Source: Eledone cirrhosa (lineage: Eukaryota). From it: a stretch of DNA of 64,000 bases. Within the stretch, counting starts at the first letter, position 1; every line of letters starts with the position of its first letter. The notes under the pieces are model-generated. The model worked only from the letters and a program-made list of their open reading frames with translations, did no database searches and was not told where the DNA came from. This document shows, piece after piece, positions 13,216 through 28,758 of the stretch. Both the position numbers and the translations under genes were made by a program. The stretch is taken from the NCBI GenBank assembly GCA_964016885.1, contig OZ024745.1, positions 44,020,001 to 44,084,000 on the forward strand, given 5' to 3'.

Positions 13216-14451
13216 AAGGGATAAGTGAATAATTTGGAGTGTCGTGAGAAGAGAAGAATGTTAATAATTTCGGTAAAATTCATCTTTAGATATTTTTGAA
13301 GGAACAACATTAGTTTTAAGAGTTAAGAAGTAATTGGTAAGAGTTGTCTATTTCACTGACGAGGGCAGCCAACTCTTCTTCTGAGCAGCTAACATGGTTG
13401 TTAGGGGGGGGGGGGAGTTAACTGTAGTGATGTAGTTGCTAATGCTGCTGATGAAGGATGTGACGATGATGTTGATGGCAATGATGGTGATGATGATGAT
13501 GATGGTGATGATGGTGTTGATGATGATGATGAGGATGAGGATGATGATGATGATGGTGGTAGTGGTGGTGATGATGATGATGGTGGTAGTGGTGGTGATG
13601 ATGATGGTGATGATGGTGATGATGATGGTGATAGTGGTGGTGGTGGTGGTGATGATGATGATGATGATGGCGGTGGCGGCTGCGATGATGGCGGTGGTGG
13701 TGGTGATGATGATGGCTGCGATGATAGTGATGGTGGTGATGATGATGATGGTAGTGATGACGATGAAAACGACGATAACGATGACGATGTGGGACGACGA
13801 CGACGGTGATGATGATGACAATGACGTTGGTGGTGATGATGATGGCTGCGATGATGATGATAGTTGATGGTTTTGTTATTACTGATTCTATCGTACTCCG
13901 GGAGTTTATCTTATCTGCCGCCATTACTCTCAGCTTGAGTGAAATGGGAAAATTTACTAAACGTGCAATCAAGTACCACCTTTACGAAATTCAGGTATTT
14001 CTCCAGCAAAACTTGTAAGCAGAACAACAACAACAACAACAACAACATCAAGAACCACAGAAACAATAACAACAATAACAACAACATCAACAACAACAAC
14101 AGCATCAAAAACATCAACAACAACAGCAGTAACACTAACAACAACAACATCGTCAAGAACCACAGAAACAATAACAACAATAACAACAACATCAACAACA
14201 ACAACAGCATCAAAAACATCAACAACAACATCAGTAACAATAACAACAACAACAACAACATCAACAACGACAGCAGCAACAATAACAACATCATCAAGAA
14301 CAACAACAACAGCAACAACAAAAACATCAGCAACTTCAACAACAACAACATCAACAACAACAACAGCAAAAATCATCAACAACTTCAACAACAACAACAA
14401 CAACAACAACAGCAGCAGCAACAATAACAACAACAACAACATCAACAACAA

Positions 14452-14496
<45 letters not shown>

Positions 14497-14602
14497 CGAC
14501 GACAACGACAACAACAACAAACAGCAACAGCAACAACAGCAGCAACAACAACAACAGCAGCAACAATAACAAGAACAAGAACAACAAAAACATCAACAAC
14601 AG

Positions 14603-14654
<52 letters not shown>

Positions 14655-15155
14655 AGCAGCAACAATAACAAGAACACGAACAACAAAAACATCAACAACA
14701 GCAGCAACAACAACAACAAAAACAGCAACAGCAACAACAGCAGCAACAATAACAAGAACAAGAACAACAAAAACATCAACAACAGCAGCAACAACAACAA
14801 CAACAAAAACAGCAACAGCAACAAAAACAGCAACAGCAGCAACAATAACAAGAACAAGAACAACAAAAACAAAAACATCAACAACAGCAGCAACAACAAC
14901 AACAAAAACAGCAACAGCAACAACAGCAGCAACAATAACAAGAACAAGAACAAGAAAAACATCAACAACAACAGCAACAATAACAACAACCTCCATCAGC
15001 ACCAAAAACCTTGCCAATATCGTAAGTATCATGCGTGATTTCTGCCGTCTAAGAAATTCTCTCGAGAAATTATAACACTCAGATATCTCCCGAAAATCGA
15101 GATGCCGGTTGATAATAATAATAATAATGATAAACAATAACAATAATAATAATTC
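12500..15155. repeat. Compound trinucleotide low-complexity region: (GTT/GCT)n, (GAT/GGT)n, (AAC/AGC)n
   Basis: Seen directly. ORFs in all frames are homopolymeric amino-acid runs. Confidence 0.95.
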
Positions 15156-15372
15156 ATTGAAAGAAGGATTCCAGGAAAGAAAAGAAAAAGGTATTGCATT
15201 CATGAAATATATCTCCAAATAGCCAAGTTATTTCAAGTCAAACTAGCGTAGTAACAGACTCATTTCACCCTCATTTTTTTCTCTTCCTCTTATTTTTCCA
15301 TAATGTACTCGAAGTACTTTTTAGAAGTTATTCACATAGCTTAAATATGTCGAAACGGTTCATGAAATAGCT

Positions 15373-15626
<254 letters not shown>

Positions 15627-15715
15627 GATGGTTTCTTTTGAATGAATATATAGTGAAAACTGGAACGGGAACAAAAACAGAGAGGCAGTACAAACAAAGG
15701 TTTATTAGTTTCACG

Positions 15716-15771
<56 letters not shown>

Positions 15772-15805
15772 CATATATATACATATATATATATATATGA
15801 TAGAA

Positions 15806-15873
<68 letters not shown>

Positions 15874-16004
15874 TGCATACATGCTTCATGTTGAGTGAAT
15901 TTTAGCAAATATATGGCCGGGAAATTGCAAGACACTCAACTGCTTCAGGCTAAGTTTCTTCAATCGTTGTCATCCTTAAATTGCCATATTAAAACTAAAG
16001 GGAA

Positions 16005-16325
16005 TTCTTCTTCTTCTTCGCCCACTTATTCCTGAGGGTCGAGGGTGCAGAGCCCTCAAACACTCCTTCCAACAGGTCCTATCAGAAGCAACCGTCTCCA
16101 AATGATCCGGTTGCATCTCGAAGTATGACTAGCCAAATTCATGGATGTTATCCAACTATCTTGCTCCGGGTCTACCCCTGGATCTCCTGTCGGTTGGTTT
16201 TGCCCGTAAAATCTGTCCAGCGATTCTTTCCCGAGACATTCTAACCACTTCGGAGAAGTAGCGGCTCTACCTGGAATAACTCTCTGATCTCTGAGCCACA
16301 CACTCTATCAAGTAACGTTACTCTA
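16005..16325 (-). mobile_element. RTE-clade LINE 3' fragment (degenerate) with (GAA)n tail
   Basis: Minus-strand translation gives RMSRERIAGQILRAKPTDRRSRGRP...ASDRTCWK, matching the RTE C-terminal R-RGRP / DR--W motifs, then TTCTTC repeats on plus. Confidence 0.7.
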
Positions 16326-16937
16326 AAAAATCGTTTCAGAACGAAAAAGCAATCCATATGTGACAAACTAATTACTTCCTTATGAAGTTACGAGATGGTG
16401 CCTCACGAGGTGGTTTGAATTTAAGCGGGAAATTCCGGCTATGGCTAAGTAATAAGAATGAGTTGTTATTTTTTTCGTGACTTTTGGTGTGAAATTCTTC
16501 AATATTAAGTCTCGTTATAACGAGGTTTCATTCGCAAAGGAAACGTAAAACGGAGTATGAGTATGTATAAAGTATCCGTATTTATCGAAAAACCTTCCAT
16601 CGTTATTTTATGTAAGAACCTTTGATGTTCCAAACACCAACTATAACACAAACGAGAAGGTTCGTTATATTACCAAACCCTTCTAAATTCTTGATTATTT
16701 TCAAAATGATTTGAAAATCATAGGCGGTGTTTTACATTAGAAATATGGTAACAAAAGCGCTAATATGACTGTTCAGTTACTTTAGTACAATTCTACACAC
16801 ACACATATATATATAGAGAGAGAGATAGAATTAATATTACTTGGCTGATCATTTGATATATAGTACAATTCTAACACACGCATAGATATAGAGATATAGA
16901 GATAGAGAGAAAGAGAACGAGAGAGAGAGAGAGAGAT

Positions 16938-17015
<78 letters not shown>

Positions 17016-17453
17016 GTATGGCTAAGGCGCTGGACTACAAAAACACTGTAATACGCTAAAATCTGACAATAGTCCGTGTTGTGCATGACATATCACACTG
17101 GTCGCCCCAGTTTGCTGGCAATAACAACGATAAACGACATTCTTATTTTATGGTTGTGTAGTTAACACTAAAGAGGACACACGCCCCACACCCAACTATA
17201 AATATATCGCTACGACAATAGAGCCATCCCACGCACAAAGAATGTGCGCCCCTGTGTGTGTATACACACTTGCATGCATATATATATATGTACATTATAT
17301 ATAATTATATACATACATATATGTGTATATATATATATATATATACACTCATATATATATGTACATTATATATAATTATATACATACATATATATGTGTA
17401 TATATATATACTCATATATATATGTACATTATATATAATTATATACATACATA

Positions 17454-17486
<33 letters not shown>

Positions 17487-17976
17487 TTATTTATACGCAC
17501 ACACACACACACACACAAACGCACGCACACACACACACACAAACGCACGCACACACACACACAAACGCACGCACTCACACACACACACACACACGCACAC
17601 CTATATATATATATAAATGTTTTCTTTGTACATAAGACTGTTCTATTTTTCTCCTTTCTATTTTTTTCTCTCTTTTTGGCTAAACTACCACACAGCTTTT
17701 CTCTCTTTCTCCCTCTCTCTCTCTCTCTCTTTTCAGTTGATGCACTTCGGTTTGTAGCATTGCTTTCTTATTTTCGTCTTTATTTGTGTAATTTTCCGAA
17801 AGGCACAACTTGTCCTGTGTCAGCCTATTTTGTTGCATTCCAATGTGCACTGGAAGGAAGCGTATCAACCTTAAACTTCTGAAACTATAAAGATTTACAA
17901 AGGTTGACTGAACAGATTGTCTGTTTTACCGTTGTTGTTTTTTTTCTCTTGTCTTTGTCCTGTGCGACCCCTGTTT

Positions 17977-18069
<93 letters not shown>

Positions 18070-18071
<2 letters not shown>

Positions 18072-18385
18072 TGGTGCATGGCTCAGTGGTAGTGTGTTCA
18101 ACTCCCAGACGCAAAGTCATGAGTTCAATTCCTAGTTACGTCTTTGAGTAAGGTACTTTATTTCACGTTGCTCCAGTCTACTTAGCTGTCAGAAATGAGT
18201 TGTATCTGGAATTCAAATGGCCAATTTTACCACTTACTGTGTCACGCTGCATTTTCCCGAGAACTATGTTATGGATACACTGTCTGTGGAATGCTCAGAC
18301 ACTTACACTTTAATGCCATAAGAAGTCTATTGCATTGGCTGAACAACTGGAACAGTTGTCGTTGGAACAGATGAATATCTAACAA
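18070..18385 (+). mobile_element. tRNA-derived SINE family B with CORE-like central domain
   Basis: A box TGGCTCAGTGG, B box GAGTTCAATTC, then CTTTGAGTAAGGTACTTTATTTCACGTTGCTCCAGTCTACTTAGCTG. The tail recurs at ~46680-46820 (+) and ~20320-20460 (-). Confidence 0.7.
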
Positions 18386-18684
18386 CATGTGTGTGGAGGG
18401 ATAACTCAGAATGTATAGCGTCTCGTAAAGATTATTTACTAATTAGGCAATTCAAAATGATAAGAGAAAATTGACCAAGGGGGGCGTTTGCAAGCAAAAC
18501 ATATAGTTAAGTGCGAGACAATTTGACCAAATCAGAGAAAACAGGCCCTTTCACAAGGATGGCTGTCTGATACATATATAGAAAATTGCACGTAATATAT
18601 AACTATTACAAATGGCTTACGTATACTAATAGGAAATATAGGCTTTAGAAATAAAAACTTAGCAATATGAAGCACAATAATTTA

Positions 18685-18754
<70 letters not shown>

Positions 18755-21295
18755 ACCAACAACACCAACCGTCCCACAAGATCATACCTCAACACTAACG
18801 ATATCACAAGCACTATTTCGAGGAGACATCAATACATCTTGGTTTGCAAATGGTAAGTGTAACAAAATAGCTAATATAATAGCATTACATTCTAAACTTC
18901 TTTTACGTCTTTAACAATCCATACCAAAATACACAAAAACTTTACCATACAAACTACAACAATTATTACCAAGCATTACATTCTGCTTCACACATCTAAC
19001 TAACACAACCATCTGACAAACAAGTCCTCAACTTTCTTCAGACCACCAACCAATTATCATCACAACATATGCTTACATCAATGAAAAAAGAAAAACACAT
19101 GTATAAACTTTGTAAAAGTATAAATAAAGGAAAAGAATTCATGTTTTTAGAATTCAACATCTCTGTCAAAAAAATGTTCCAATCGTTGCAATAATATGCA
19201 AAACTTTTTAAATCCCACCATGGTCAACTTTGCTTTTCTTCCTTCCAGAGTCGCTAAAATAAAGTACCAGACCTGGGGTTGATTCAATCAATTTTTCCCT
19301 TTTTCCAAAATTTGCTGGTCTTGTGCCTAAATTAGAAATCAAGTTTTCACAGGAATGTGATCGACAAGATCCCAGACGTCATTTCCTTGCCGAGTAGGGT
19401 GGACCTCGTCAAATCGGACTAAGGAAAGTTTTGCTCCCATTGGTCTTTCCATTGCTGATATTATTTACCGGTCACAACTCCTGGCAGAAGGAGGAACGTG
19501 ATATAAAGTATCTTGCTCAAGGACACATCACCCGGTCCGAGAATTGAACTCGCACCCTCACGATTGCGAATCCAACTCTCAAACCACTAAGCCTTCACTC
19601 TGTGTATAGGAAAGGTCAGCCTTGATCGGACAGACCCATGACCAATAGTGTTCCAGCCGTTAACATCTCGTTTTTTTTTTTTTGGGGGGGGGGGTCTTTT
19701 TCCCAGGTTCAATGCATCGAATGCTACATTAATTAATGTCCTTTCTTTTATTAAATGGCATGGCATAATCTAAGAAAGATTTGGCTGCTATTTCTAACAG
19801 GTTGAGTGACTTTGTAGAAGATTACTTATTGGTTCAAGCGACAAGACTTTTATCACCGCGATGTCTATTATTAATAGATATCTTAATTCACAACTATTTT
19901 CTGTTCATATCTTTTTGTTGTGCCCCGTTCAAAACAATATCTCTCTTCTAAAACCGAGTCTCTAAACATTGTTACACTTGCCAGTTATTAATCTTCAACA
20001 TAGCAAGTGTAATATAAATCCCACTAATTTTAGGGGAGGGCTCCCATAGATTACAGTCACTACTCGTTAAACAAGGTTATTGTCTAGACTAAATTACTGG
20101 TTTGGCTGTGTCACTAAGATATTCAGACATTCACCTGTTGAAGAAGTAAGAGTGAATAACATAAAGACAATTTACACTTGCTTTAAGTCCACTCATAAAA
20201 GCAAACACTTAATATAGCACCAACAATCTCTCAATCACTCGATTTTACGTAGACGTAATGAACTGAGCCGTTATAATAGTGTTTGTTCTGTCAAGAAAAA
20301 ATGGCTCTCCGTCAGGTTCGACGATGAGTATTCCAATTGTACGATCGATCAAGTGAAGTATCTGCTTATTGAATCACTGTATAAATGACTGAATATTCCA
20401 CAGGCACGTCTACCCTTAACTTAAACCTCGGGAAGAATAAGCGCAACACAGGGTGTGATATGGTGGGATCATTGAGTTCGTTCAGCGCGCTTCGAAAAGT
20501 TTCCATTAAACCCAATTTTACTTACAAAATGTTGGTACTCTAAGGATATGATATAAAATACTTTCCAAAGATGCCTCGCAACTGGATAGAACTCATGACC
20601 CCGTGATTGTGAAGCGAACGTCTTTCGTTTGTGCTAATCTCAACATACCAATGTATAATTCAAGTATAAATTATTTCTCCTTTTATCTAAATGTGAACCC
20701 GTAACTCCAGATGGAATTATAGGGGCACTTTTAATTTGGTGGAGCTCATCGCCTCTCTAGAATAGAAAACAGCCGAAAGAGGGGGGAGAGAGAGAGGAAG
20801 TGAGGAAGAGATATAGAGTAAGAATCGGCCCCTGTACTAGACTAATGCGTTTGTTGTTGTTTTTTTATATCGACCTCGAAAAGATGAAAGGCAAAGTTAA
20901 GCTTAGAGTGCAGAGAGCCAGATCAAATACTACAAAATATTCTATCCGACCTTCTAACCATTCTACCAATTCACCGTGTGTTGACTAACTGAATAAAAAT
21001 GTCATGCTGACATTTATTTAAATCATGATTCTTAGACTAATTAGCAAAAAGAGTACATTTTTAATGGATTTCGCTACTGTCAGTAATATCTTCTAGGGTT
21101 TCACTTAATCTACTTTTCTAGTTGTCTGACTTAAAAAGACATATTTTCAAATAAAACTCCTTTTTAAGAGATATGGTGTGACATTATTCTGATGAAAACA
21201 TTACATTAAAGTTTTAACTGCACTAAACTGGCAAAACTATTCGAATCTTATCACCGGCCACTACGTCCAGTTGAGGTCGATATAATAAAAAAAAG

Positions 21296-21336
<41 letters not shown>

Positions 21337-22233
21337 AAGGAAGAAATCGGCTGTGTTCTCTGCCAGGTTTAAAATGTACAAAATACGGTGTATGTCATTA
21401 CAGCATTCCTACAACTCCTTTATTAGTTTCGGTGTCATATATATTCTAACACAGCCAGCATTACAATTCACCAAGCCAATTAGGTAGGGGCCGCATCAGC
21501 GGAACTTTTCATTGCTTTCAAAAGTTTTTGTATTCCTACTCAGGGAACTGTAACCGCAGAGTATGTAGAACTCAGCATCCTAACCATTTAGTCTTCTGTA
21601 AATACGTTAAATTATTTCATTAGCCTGAAATGATGAGTTCAACCCCTTCCTTAGATACAATACAAGAAAATCAACCTTTTAGTATAATATATTATAAGAG
21701 CGGATCCCGCACCTGGGTATTTAGCCCGAGTGCTTAGCCCTACAATGTGCCCCTATTTCTTCCATCTATGTCTCCCATTCTCCCAAATATAATAATTTCA
21801 ACTTAGATTTTTGTAAGTCGACAAATCTAGTTTTGCCATTTCCTGCTCTGAGCACACTAAGAAAATTATTCAGCCTGCATTTTTCATTATACAGTCCACA
21901 TTCATCCACGCCAAATCATGTAACAGGTCACAACACCATACGACCCTTTCCACCTTTTTGGATATTTCAACAACGCTGCTACGCAGCAAAGATATTTAGT
22001 GACTTATATAAAGAGCGCATGAAATTATTATATATTTAATCCTGTTACAAAATTATGACCCTTTAAAGTTCAGTAATGTGCTTTAATGGTAGCGTCAGCC
22101 CTGTATAGGAGTCAGCATCTAATTCAATTTTCAAAACATTTTTCCTTTGTGAGTGTTCTCTCCGTATTTCCGCTTCTGGGAATTTACAACCAGCTTCCAT
22201 CAGTTTGTTCATATTTACTGATTCTGTAGTTAT

Positions 22234-22311
<78 letters not shown>

Positions 22312-24051
22312 GCAATTGTAAGTGAAGTAGAGTAAAACCATGCTTCCGGTTAGACAAGTATACGACCTAATTTTATGTCCCTTATATGCTTAATGCCCTT
22401 GGGTAAAATATGAACATCTCATGATTTAATTTTTTGCTCCCTCATATGCTCTAAATCAAGTGGTTGAAGCAGCGGTTTAAGGAAAACATTATTCTTAAGG
22501 ATATTTTTTTCCTGGAAGCTATCTATTTCACGGGAGAGCACCCAATGCCGCTTGCAAACAGCCAACACCCTATCCACCCTTCACTTTAACCAAGATTTAG
22601 AAGTAATGTTTTTAAGTGAGACAATAAACTCTTGTAGTTTCTTGAACTTAAATTGTTGATCGGCGCAGAGGGAGAATATAACATAGCTTACATTTTGTTA
22701 ATATATTTTGCAGTATCTTCCTTTGTGTGAAGACATCTAGATGTTACACGCAATGTTTCTGTTAGTTCTATAGTTAAATTTAAGACATTATTTCACTTTA
22801 AGTTAATAGAAATTTATACAAAACACTACTTATATTGTTTTTACGTAAGTTCAAAATATCAGCTTTAATAGAAAACACAAGTTTATATGATTCATTTCTA
22901 AGTGATATTAACAGCGTACGGTGATTAAACTAAGCCAAGATAAATATCTGCACTTCAAATCGGTACCCCCGTGGCTTCCCTGTAATCTGCTGTGTTAGTT
23001 CCAATACTTGAATGTTGGTACACAAGTTCGATATTTTAACAGATGGATGTGCTAAAATGTGATGCTGATACATTTCTCAAGACAAGAGTATCAGTGATAC
23101 AATGCAAAATGAATTGGTTTCAACTAAGAATCGAAAAAGGTTACCTCTTGCTCATCAGCATAATGTAACTTCCCATCTAAAATGGACAAAGTGTTTCGCA
23201 AAACTTATTTTTTATGTTTTTACATTTTGGATTCCAATTGTGCTAGAGACACCGACTTTGTCTTTTATCTCTTTCCGGGGAGTTTTGAATGACTGAGTTG
23301 TTATTTTAGCTGATAGACAACAGAGGTGTTGAGAGTTTGTATTCTATCAAAAGTACTACATTGTGTCCCATAGCTACGGTGGGTGGGGTGGGGGACTAGA
23401 CGAACTCAGCCTTGATATTTAATTCAGCCACCATATCTAACCCATGAACTAAGCGTTGGTATTTGAGTTATGAACTCAACCTTGGTATTTGAGCCATAAA
23501 CTCAGCCTTCGTATTTGAGTTATAAATTCTTTATTTGAGCTACGATCGCCCATCTATCTAGGACTGCATTATCCGATGCGTTCTTACTTTTTTTTTAAAT
23601 AGCATGGGTCGCCACTGTGGGCCCATCGTTAAGTGATGGAGGGGAACACTAGATGGCACTGCCCCCATCCCCTACTTTTCAATGATGCATTCTCAGATAT
23701 AGAAGAATGTAGGATGACATACTTATTCCGAAACTCCATTTTATTGTGAATTAGAGTGCTCACCTAGAATGTTCTGGAATTCACCGCCGCCCCTGAACAC
23801 TAAAGCCTGGTGAAGAGCCTATATAGCCAACAGATCTAACTCCCAAAACGTCCCAGTCTTTCTAGTTGTAAATATATGTGTATGGACCCTTAACTTCTTT
23901 AGGTAGAGTCGTAGGGACGCCGTCGTGACATGTGGCGTTTCTTGGGCATTTTTAATCCTGGCAGAGCCCATCTCCTCTCCAGCAGATTTCTTCCAGAGAA
24001 GAAGAGTGAACAATAGACAGAAAATGAGAAAGAAATAAAAAGGAAGATGCA

Positions 24052-24198
24052 ACCCCAGTACTAGACTGGTACCTTTTTATCGACTTCGAAAGGATGGAGG
24101 GCAAAGTTAACCTTGGCAGGGTTTGAACTCAAAGAGTAGAAACGAATACAACAAAGCATTCTATCGAAGGTCCTAACGACTCTGCCAATTCACCGCCT
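24052..24198 (-). mobile_element. tRNA-derived SINE family A (older)
   Basis: TATCGACTTCGAAAGGATGGAGGGCAAAGTTAACC..TTTGAACTC..CTGCCAATTCACCGCC. Confidence 0.75.
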
Positions 24199-24810
24199 AT
24201 ACTTATAAGTAGGTTATGTAATAAAGTGGTACATTGTAACATTTTAGCAGGAGCAGGAATATCACTAAATATCAATGGTTGGTTTGTCGGTTTACATTGT
24301 TGGTATCAGTCTGTCTGTTAGATTGTTTTCTGTGATAAACAAACATTCTAACCTGAGGAAGATTCATCTCTCATCCTCCTAACATTACATAAACTGGAAT
24401 TAGACGCCAGTTTAGTCAACTTCTAAAGTCCATGGAAAAAATTAATTAATATAGTACAACAGATCTTGCGTTTAAGTAAGAAGCTTATAATTCTGAATAC
24501 ATATATAAACACCACACACGCCCAGATATTTTTTCACTCATCTGTTTTAAATAATTTTACAAGCGACGTTAAAGCTGTTTTTTCTTAGTGACTCATTGAG
24601 AAAGTTTATTTTCTCAATGCGGTAGTAGTTATCATGGCAAATCTATTCGTTGTCTGCTTCTTGTCCTGCTATTTCAAAGTTGGAATATATATTAAATGTC
24701 CGAAACGGTGTAATACGTTGCACTTCCGTTCTTAGTTTTTCATTGTATATATATATATATATATATTATATATATTATATATGTATATACTATATATATA
24801 AATATGTATA

Positions 24811-24855
<45 letters not shown>

Positions 24856-25008
24856 ATTATATATTATATATGTATATATTATATATATATTATATATATT
24901 ATATATGTATATATTATATATATATATTATATATATATATATAATATATATATATAACTGCATATATACAGTAACGAAAGGGTTAAACAATTATTATCTT
25001 TAATGAGA

Positions 25009-25152
25009 GGAGTTCAAATCCCGTCGAAGATAGCTTTGCCTTTCATCTTCACGGAGTCGATAAAATAAACTACCAGTAATGCACTGGGGTAGATTTAATT
25101 GACTTTCCCACCCCAAAATTGCTGGCCTTGTGCCTAAATCAGAAATCATTAA
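25009..25152 (+). mobile_element. 5'-truncated SINE family A
   Basis: GAGTTCAAATCCC..CTTTGCCTTTCATC..TTGCTGGCCTTGTGCCTAAATCAGAAATCATTA. Confidence 0.8.
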
Positions 25153-25509
25153 TTAGAGACGAATAGACAAAGTAAGATGAAATGGGTTTGATTAGCTCCA
25201 TTGTATATTAATATAAACATACATACACGGCAGCTTGTTCTAGTTGTAATCATGGTGTGTAGAAGAACTCGAGTAATGGTTGCAACAAACTTGAAAACAT
25301 TTCCCGCCATTATCGTCAGAAATTATAATGAGTCAGATACATCTTATTTGTTCAGAACCCGTTGACGTCATCACAGTTCTGGGCAGTAACTGTCGCCTAT
25401 TATTTCTTACTTCACATTCCCCCACCCCACCTAACTGATCGTCGCCGTGGTCGTGGTCCTACCCCCTCATCCTCCTCCTCCTCCTCCTCCTTCTTGTTCT
25501 TCTTGCATT

Positions 25510-25843
25510 CACCACCACCAGCACCACCAACACCAACACCAGCACCAGAACCACCAACACCACCAACACCACCACCACCAGCACCAGCACCACCAGCACC
25601 ACCAACACCACCAACACCACCACCACCACCAGCACCACCAACACCACCAACACCACCAACACCACCACCACCACCACCAGCACCACCAACACCACCAACA
25701 CCACCACCACCACCACCACCACCACCAGCACCACCAACACCACCAACACCACCAACACCACCACCACCACCACCACCAGCACCACCACCACCAACACCAC
25801 CAACACCACCACCAGCACTACCAGCACTACCACCACCAACACC

Positions 25844-25874
<31 letters not shown>

Positions 25875-26527
25875 CCAGCACCACCAGCACCACCAACACC
25901 ACCAACACCACCACCACCAGCACCACCAACACCACCACCACCAGCACCACCAACACCAGCACCACCAGCACCAGCACCACCACCACCAACACCAACACCA
26001 CCACCACCACCACCAGCACCACCAGCACCACCAACACCACCAACACCACCAACACCACCACCACCACCACCACCAGCACCACCACCACCAACACCACCAA
26101 CACCACCACCAGCACCACCAGCACTACCACCACCAACACCACCAACACCACCAGCACCAGCACCACCACCAACACCACCACCACCACCACTAGCACCACT
26201 AGCACCACCACTAGCACCACCACCAACACCAACACCACCAGCACCACCACCAACACCACCAACACCACCACCACCAACACCACCAACACCACCAACACCA
26301 CCACTAGCACCACCACCAACACCAACACCACCAGCACCAACACCACCACCAACACCACCACCACTAGCACCACTAGCACCACCAACACCACCACCAACAC
26401 CACCACCACTAGCACCACCACCAACACCAACACCACCAGCACCAACACCACCACCAACACCACCAACACCAACACCAACACCACCAGCACCACCACCAGT
26501 ACCACCACCAACACCACCACCACCACC

Positions 26528-26558
<31 letters not shown>

Positions 26559-27037
26559 CCACCAACACCACCACCACCACCACCACCACCACCACCAGCA
26601 CCACCAACACCAACACCACCAGCACCAACACCACCACCAACACCACCAACACCAACACCAACACCACCAGCACCACCACCAGTACCACCACCAACACCAC
26701 CACCACCACCACCAGCACCACCAACACCACCACCACCACCACCAACACCACCACCACCACCACCAGCACCACCACTAACACCACCACCACCAACACCAAC
26801 ACCACCAGCACCACCACCAGTACCACCACCAACACCACCACCACCACCACCACCACCAACACCACCACCAACACCACCAGCACCACCACCAGTACCACCA
26901 CCAACACCACCACTAGCACCACCAACACCACCACCAGCACCGCCAACACCAGCACAACCAGCACCAGTGCCACCACCACCACCACCGCCACCACCGCTGC
27001 CGCCGCCACTGCCACCACTACCACCACTACCACCACC
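25510..27037. repeat. (CCA)n-based cryptic microsatellite (CCA/ACA/GCA/CTA)
   Basis: Seen directly. Long homopolymer-like ORFs occur in several frames on both strands. Confidence 0.95.
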
Positions 27038-27413
27038 TTGTTCACTTCTTTTTTTTCTTCGTCTTCTTTCAAGCAATTTCCCCCCTCTCCCCAATTTCTC
27101 CCCATTTCGTTTTCTTCATACCATCATCATAATCATCAACATCAACATCTTTTCACCTCCCGTTTTCTTTAAACGTTTCTTTTCCTCTCTTTCCTCCCAC
27201 TGTTTTCTCTCACCACATTTTAGTCGTCCCTTTCTTACAGTCACGCGTGAAAACCAGCAATTATAAGTCTAACTTTCTCTTCAAACATTTCAGGACGGAG
27301 CTAATGTTCAAATAAGACGTTATGTTAAGATACTTCCAACTTAAAATTATTTTTAAACGTGTTCCAAGCTTTCATTCGATATAAGAAATCCAGGGAAAAA
27401 AAAAAATATATAT

Positions 27414-27675
27414 ATACAATATATTAACAAATGGAAACTATATTTATAAAACCATATTTATTTCATTATACATATTTCAAGGACACCAAAGCAAATTATG
27501 GTGCGCTTTCATCAGATGGTGTCCTTGAAATATGTATAATGAAATAAATATGGTTTTATAAATATAGTTTCCATTTGTTAATATATTGTATTTTTACTCC
27601 AAAAATTTGTTGAGTGCTTTATATCAGTTATAAAAATATTTGCTTGTTGTTTCCCAACAAATTAAATATAACTTC

Positions 27676-27678
<3 letters not shown>
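27414..27678. mobile_element. Fold-back hammerhead mini-element (PLE pLTR-like), family H1
   Basis: 74-bp inverted arms 27414-27487 and 27518-27591, plus an ~87-nt unduplicated tail ending in (TA)n. Homologous to 47852-48232. Confidence 0.85.
27459..27518 (-). ncRNA. Type I hammerhead ribozyme core (stem I shortened by the inversion junction)
   Basis: CAT-CTGATGA-aagcgcacc(loop)ggtgtcctt-GAAA-tatgt-ATA-atgaaata. Confidence 0.7.
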
Positions 27679-27724
<46 letters not shown>

Positions 27725-27852
27725 GTGAGTTTTTTTTTACAAAATGAAAAATAACCTAGGTGTCCTACACGAGTGAAAGTATAAAGAAAAAAAGATGAAA
27801 TCGAAAATGCAACTGGAGTCTTATTTTTTTTAAAATATATATATTTATTTGG

Positions 27853-27896
27853 TTCCTTTACCGGTTTCGCAGTTCTTCTACTTTTCAAAAGTTGAA
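27853..27896 (-). ncRNA. Type I hammerhead ribozyme, U3:A8 core variant
   Basis: ttcaactt-TTGAAAA-gtag(aagaa)ctgc-GAAA-ccg-GTA-aaggaa. Palindromic stem III ACCGGT. Lies in a ~210-bp island between (TA)n tracts. Confidence 0.6.
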
Positions 27897-27954
27897 TTGA
27901 GATGGAGGGTCTGTGGTTTTTCTCATATGTATATATATATATGTATATATATAG

Positions 27955-28150
27955 CTTTTACTCTTTTACCTGTTTCAGCCATCCTGCTGAGGCTATGCTG
28001 GGGCACCGCCCTTGTTGCTACACGTTCTATCTCCAGCCTGTGTTGGCTGGCTATTGGTGTAAGAGGGAGTTCGCTGCTGTTGCCCTTAGGTTACCTTCGT
28101 ACCGTGTTGTAGGCACATCCGGGATCGTGGATAGCAGCGTGTCAATATAT
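27955..28150 (-). mobile_element. CR1-like LINE extreme 3' end with stem-loop tail
   Basis: Minus frame DTLLSTIPDVPTTRYEGNLRATAANSLLHQ* (LD--L---PD-P...NSL--Q), then GGTGCCCCAGCATAGCCTCAGC..GGCTGAAACAGG(TAAAAGAG)n. The tail also occurs at 52733-52800 (+). Confidence 0.65.
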
Positions 28151-28581
28151 ATATATTTTCGGTCATTGACCAAAACTGGTGAAGGTGGACGTCGCACACA
28201 CATATACCTAATTATCTGTGTGTGTGTGTTCCATTACTATTTTGCCCCAAACTCCCTTATGGTTAAGTTAACCAGGTAGGTGCTAACTGCTTTTTCTAGA
28301 AAATATGGTACTCGCTAACTGTCCAGCCTTCACCTCCCTTCTGTGACCGCTGTATCACGTGTTACCCCCCCCCCCCCCCCGCATCCCGAAAATTATTCAC
28401 TAGTAACGGTCGGGTTAAGAAACAGTCCTCTAAATTGAGGGGTCTCTTGATAAGCCTTACAATTTCACATGATGGTGTACTTTTCAAGTGCAGGATTTCT
28501 GCTAGAGAATTCGGCGAAACTGCAGTCGGGACTTTGAAGAAAAAATAGGCATATTTTTGTCTATCATCTCCCGCATTTTTG

Positions 28582-28630
<49 letters not shown>

Positions 28631-28714
28631 CGCAACGTAAAAAATAAAAAAAACAAACACGGAGAACAATGTACTATTAGGTCAACACTTGTATTAAATG
28701 GAAAAAAAAGAAAA

Positions 28715-28758
28715 GCCTTCAACGTATCGGACGTTAGTCCTTCATCAGGAATGAAGGC
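28715..28758 (-). ncRNA. Degenerate type I hammerhead ribozyme
   Basis: gccttcattc-CTGATGA-aggac(taac)gtcc-GATA-c-GTT-gaaggc. GAAA is mutated to GATA. Stem III is ACGT. Confidence 0.6.

Noticed and set aside
12475-15218. Poly-L/V/N/Q/H ORFs
   Set aside because: Trinucleotide repeats that lack stop codons. No evidence of coding.
21185-21220. CTGATGA followed by a short hairpin
   Set aside because: No GAAA, stem III or stem I partner.
25362-27266. 634-aa Pro-rich (extensin/formin-like) ORF and the opposite-strand Gly-rich ORF
   Set aside because: Pure CCA-based microsatellite with an invariant third base, open in several frames, non-ATG start and no flanking domain.
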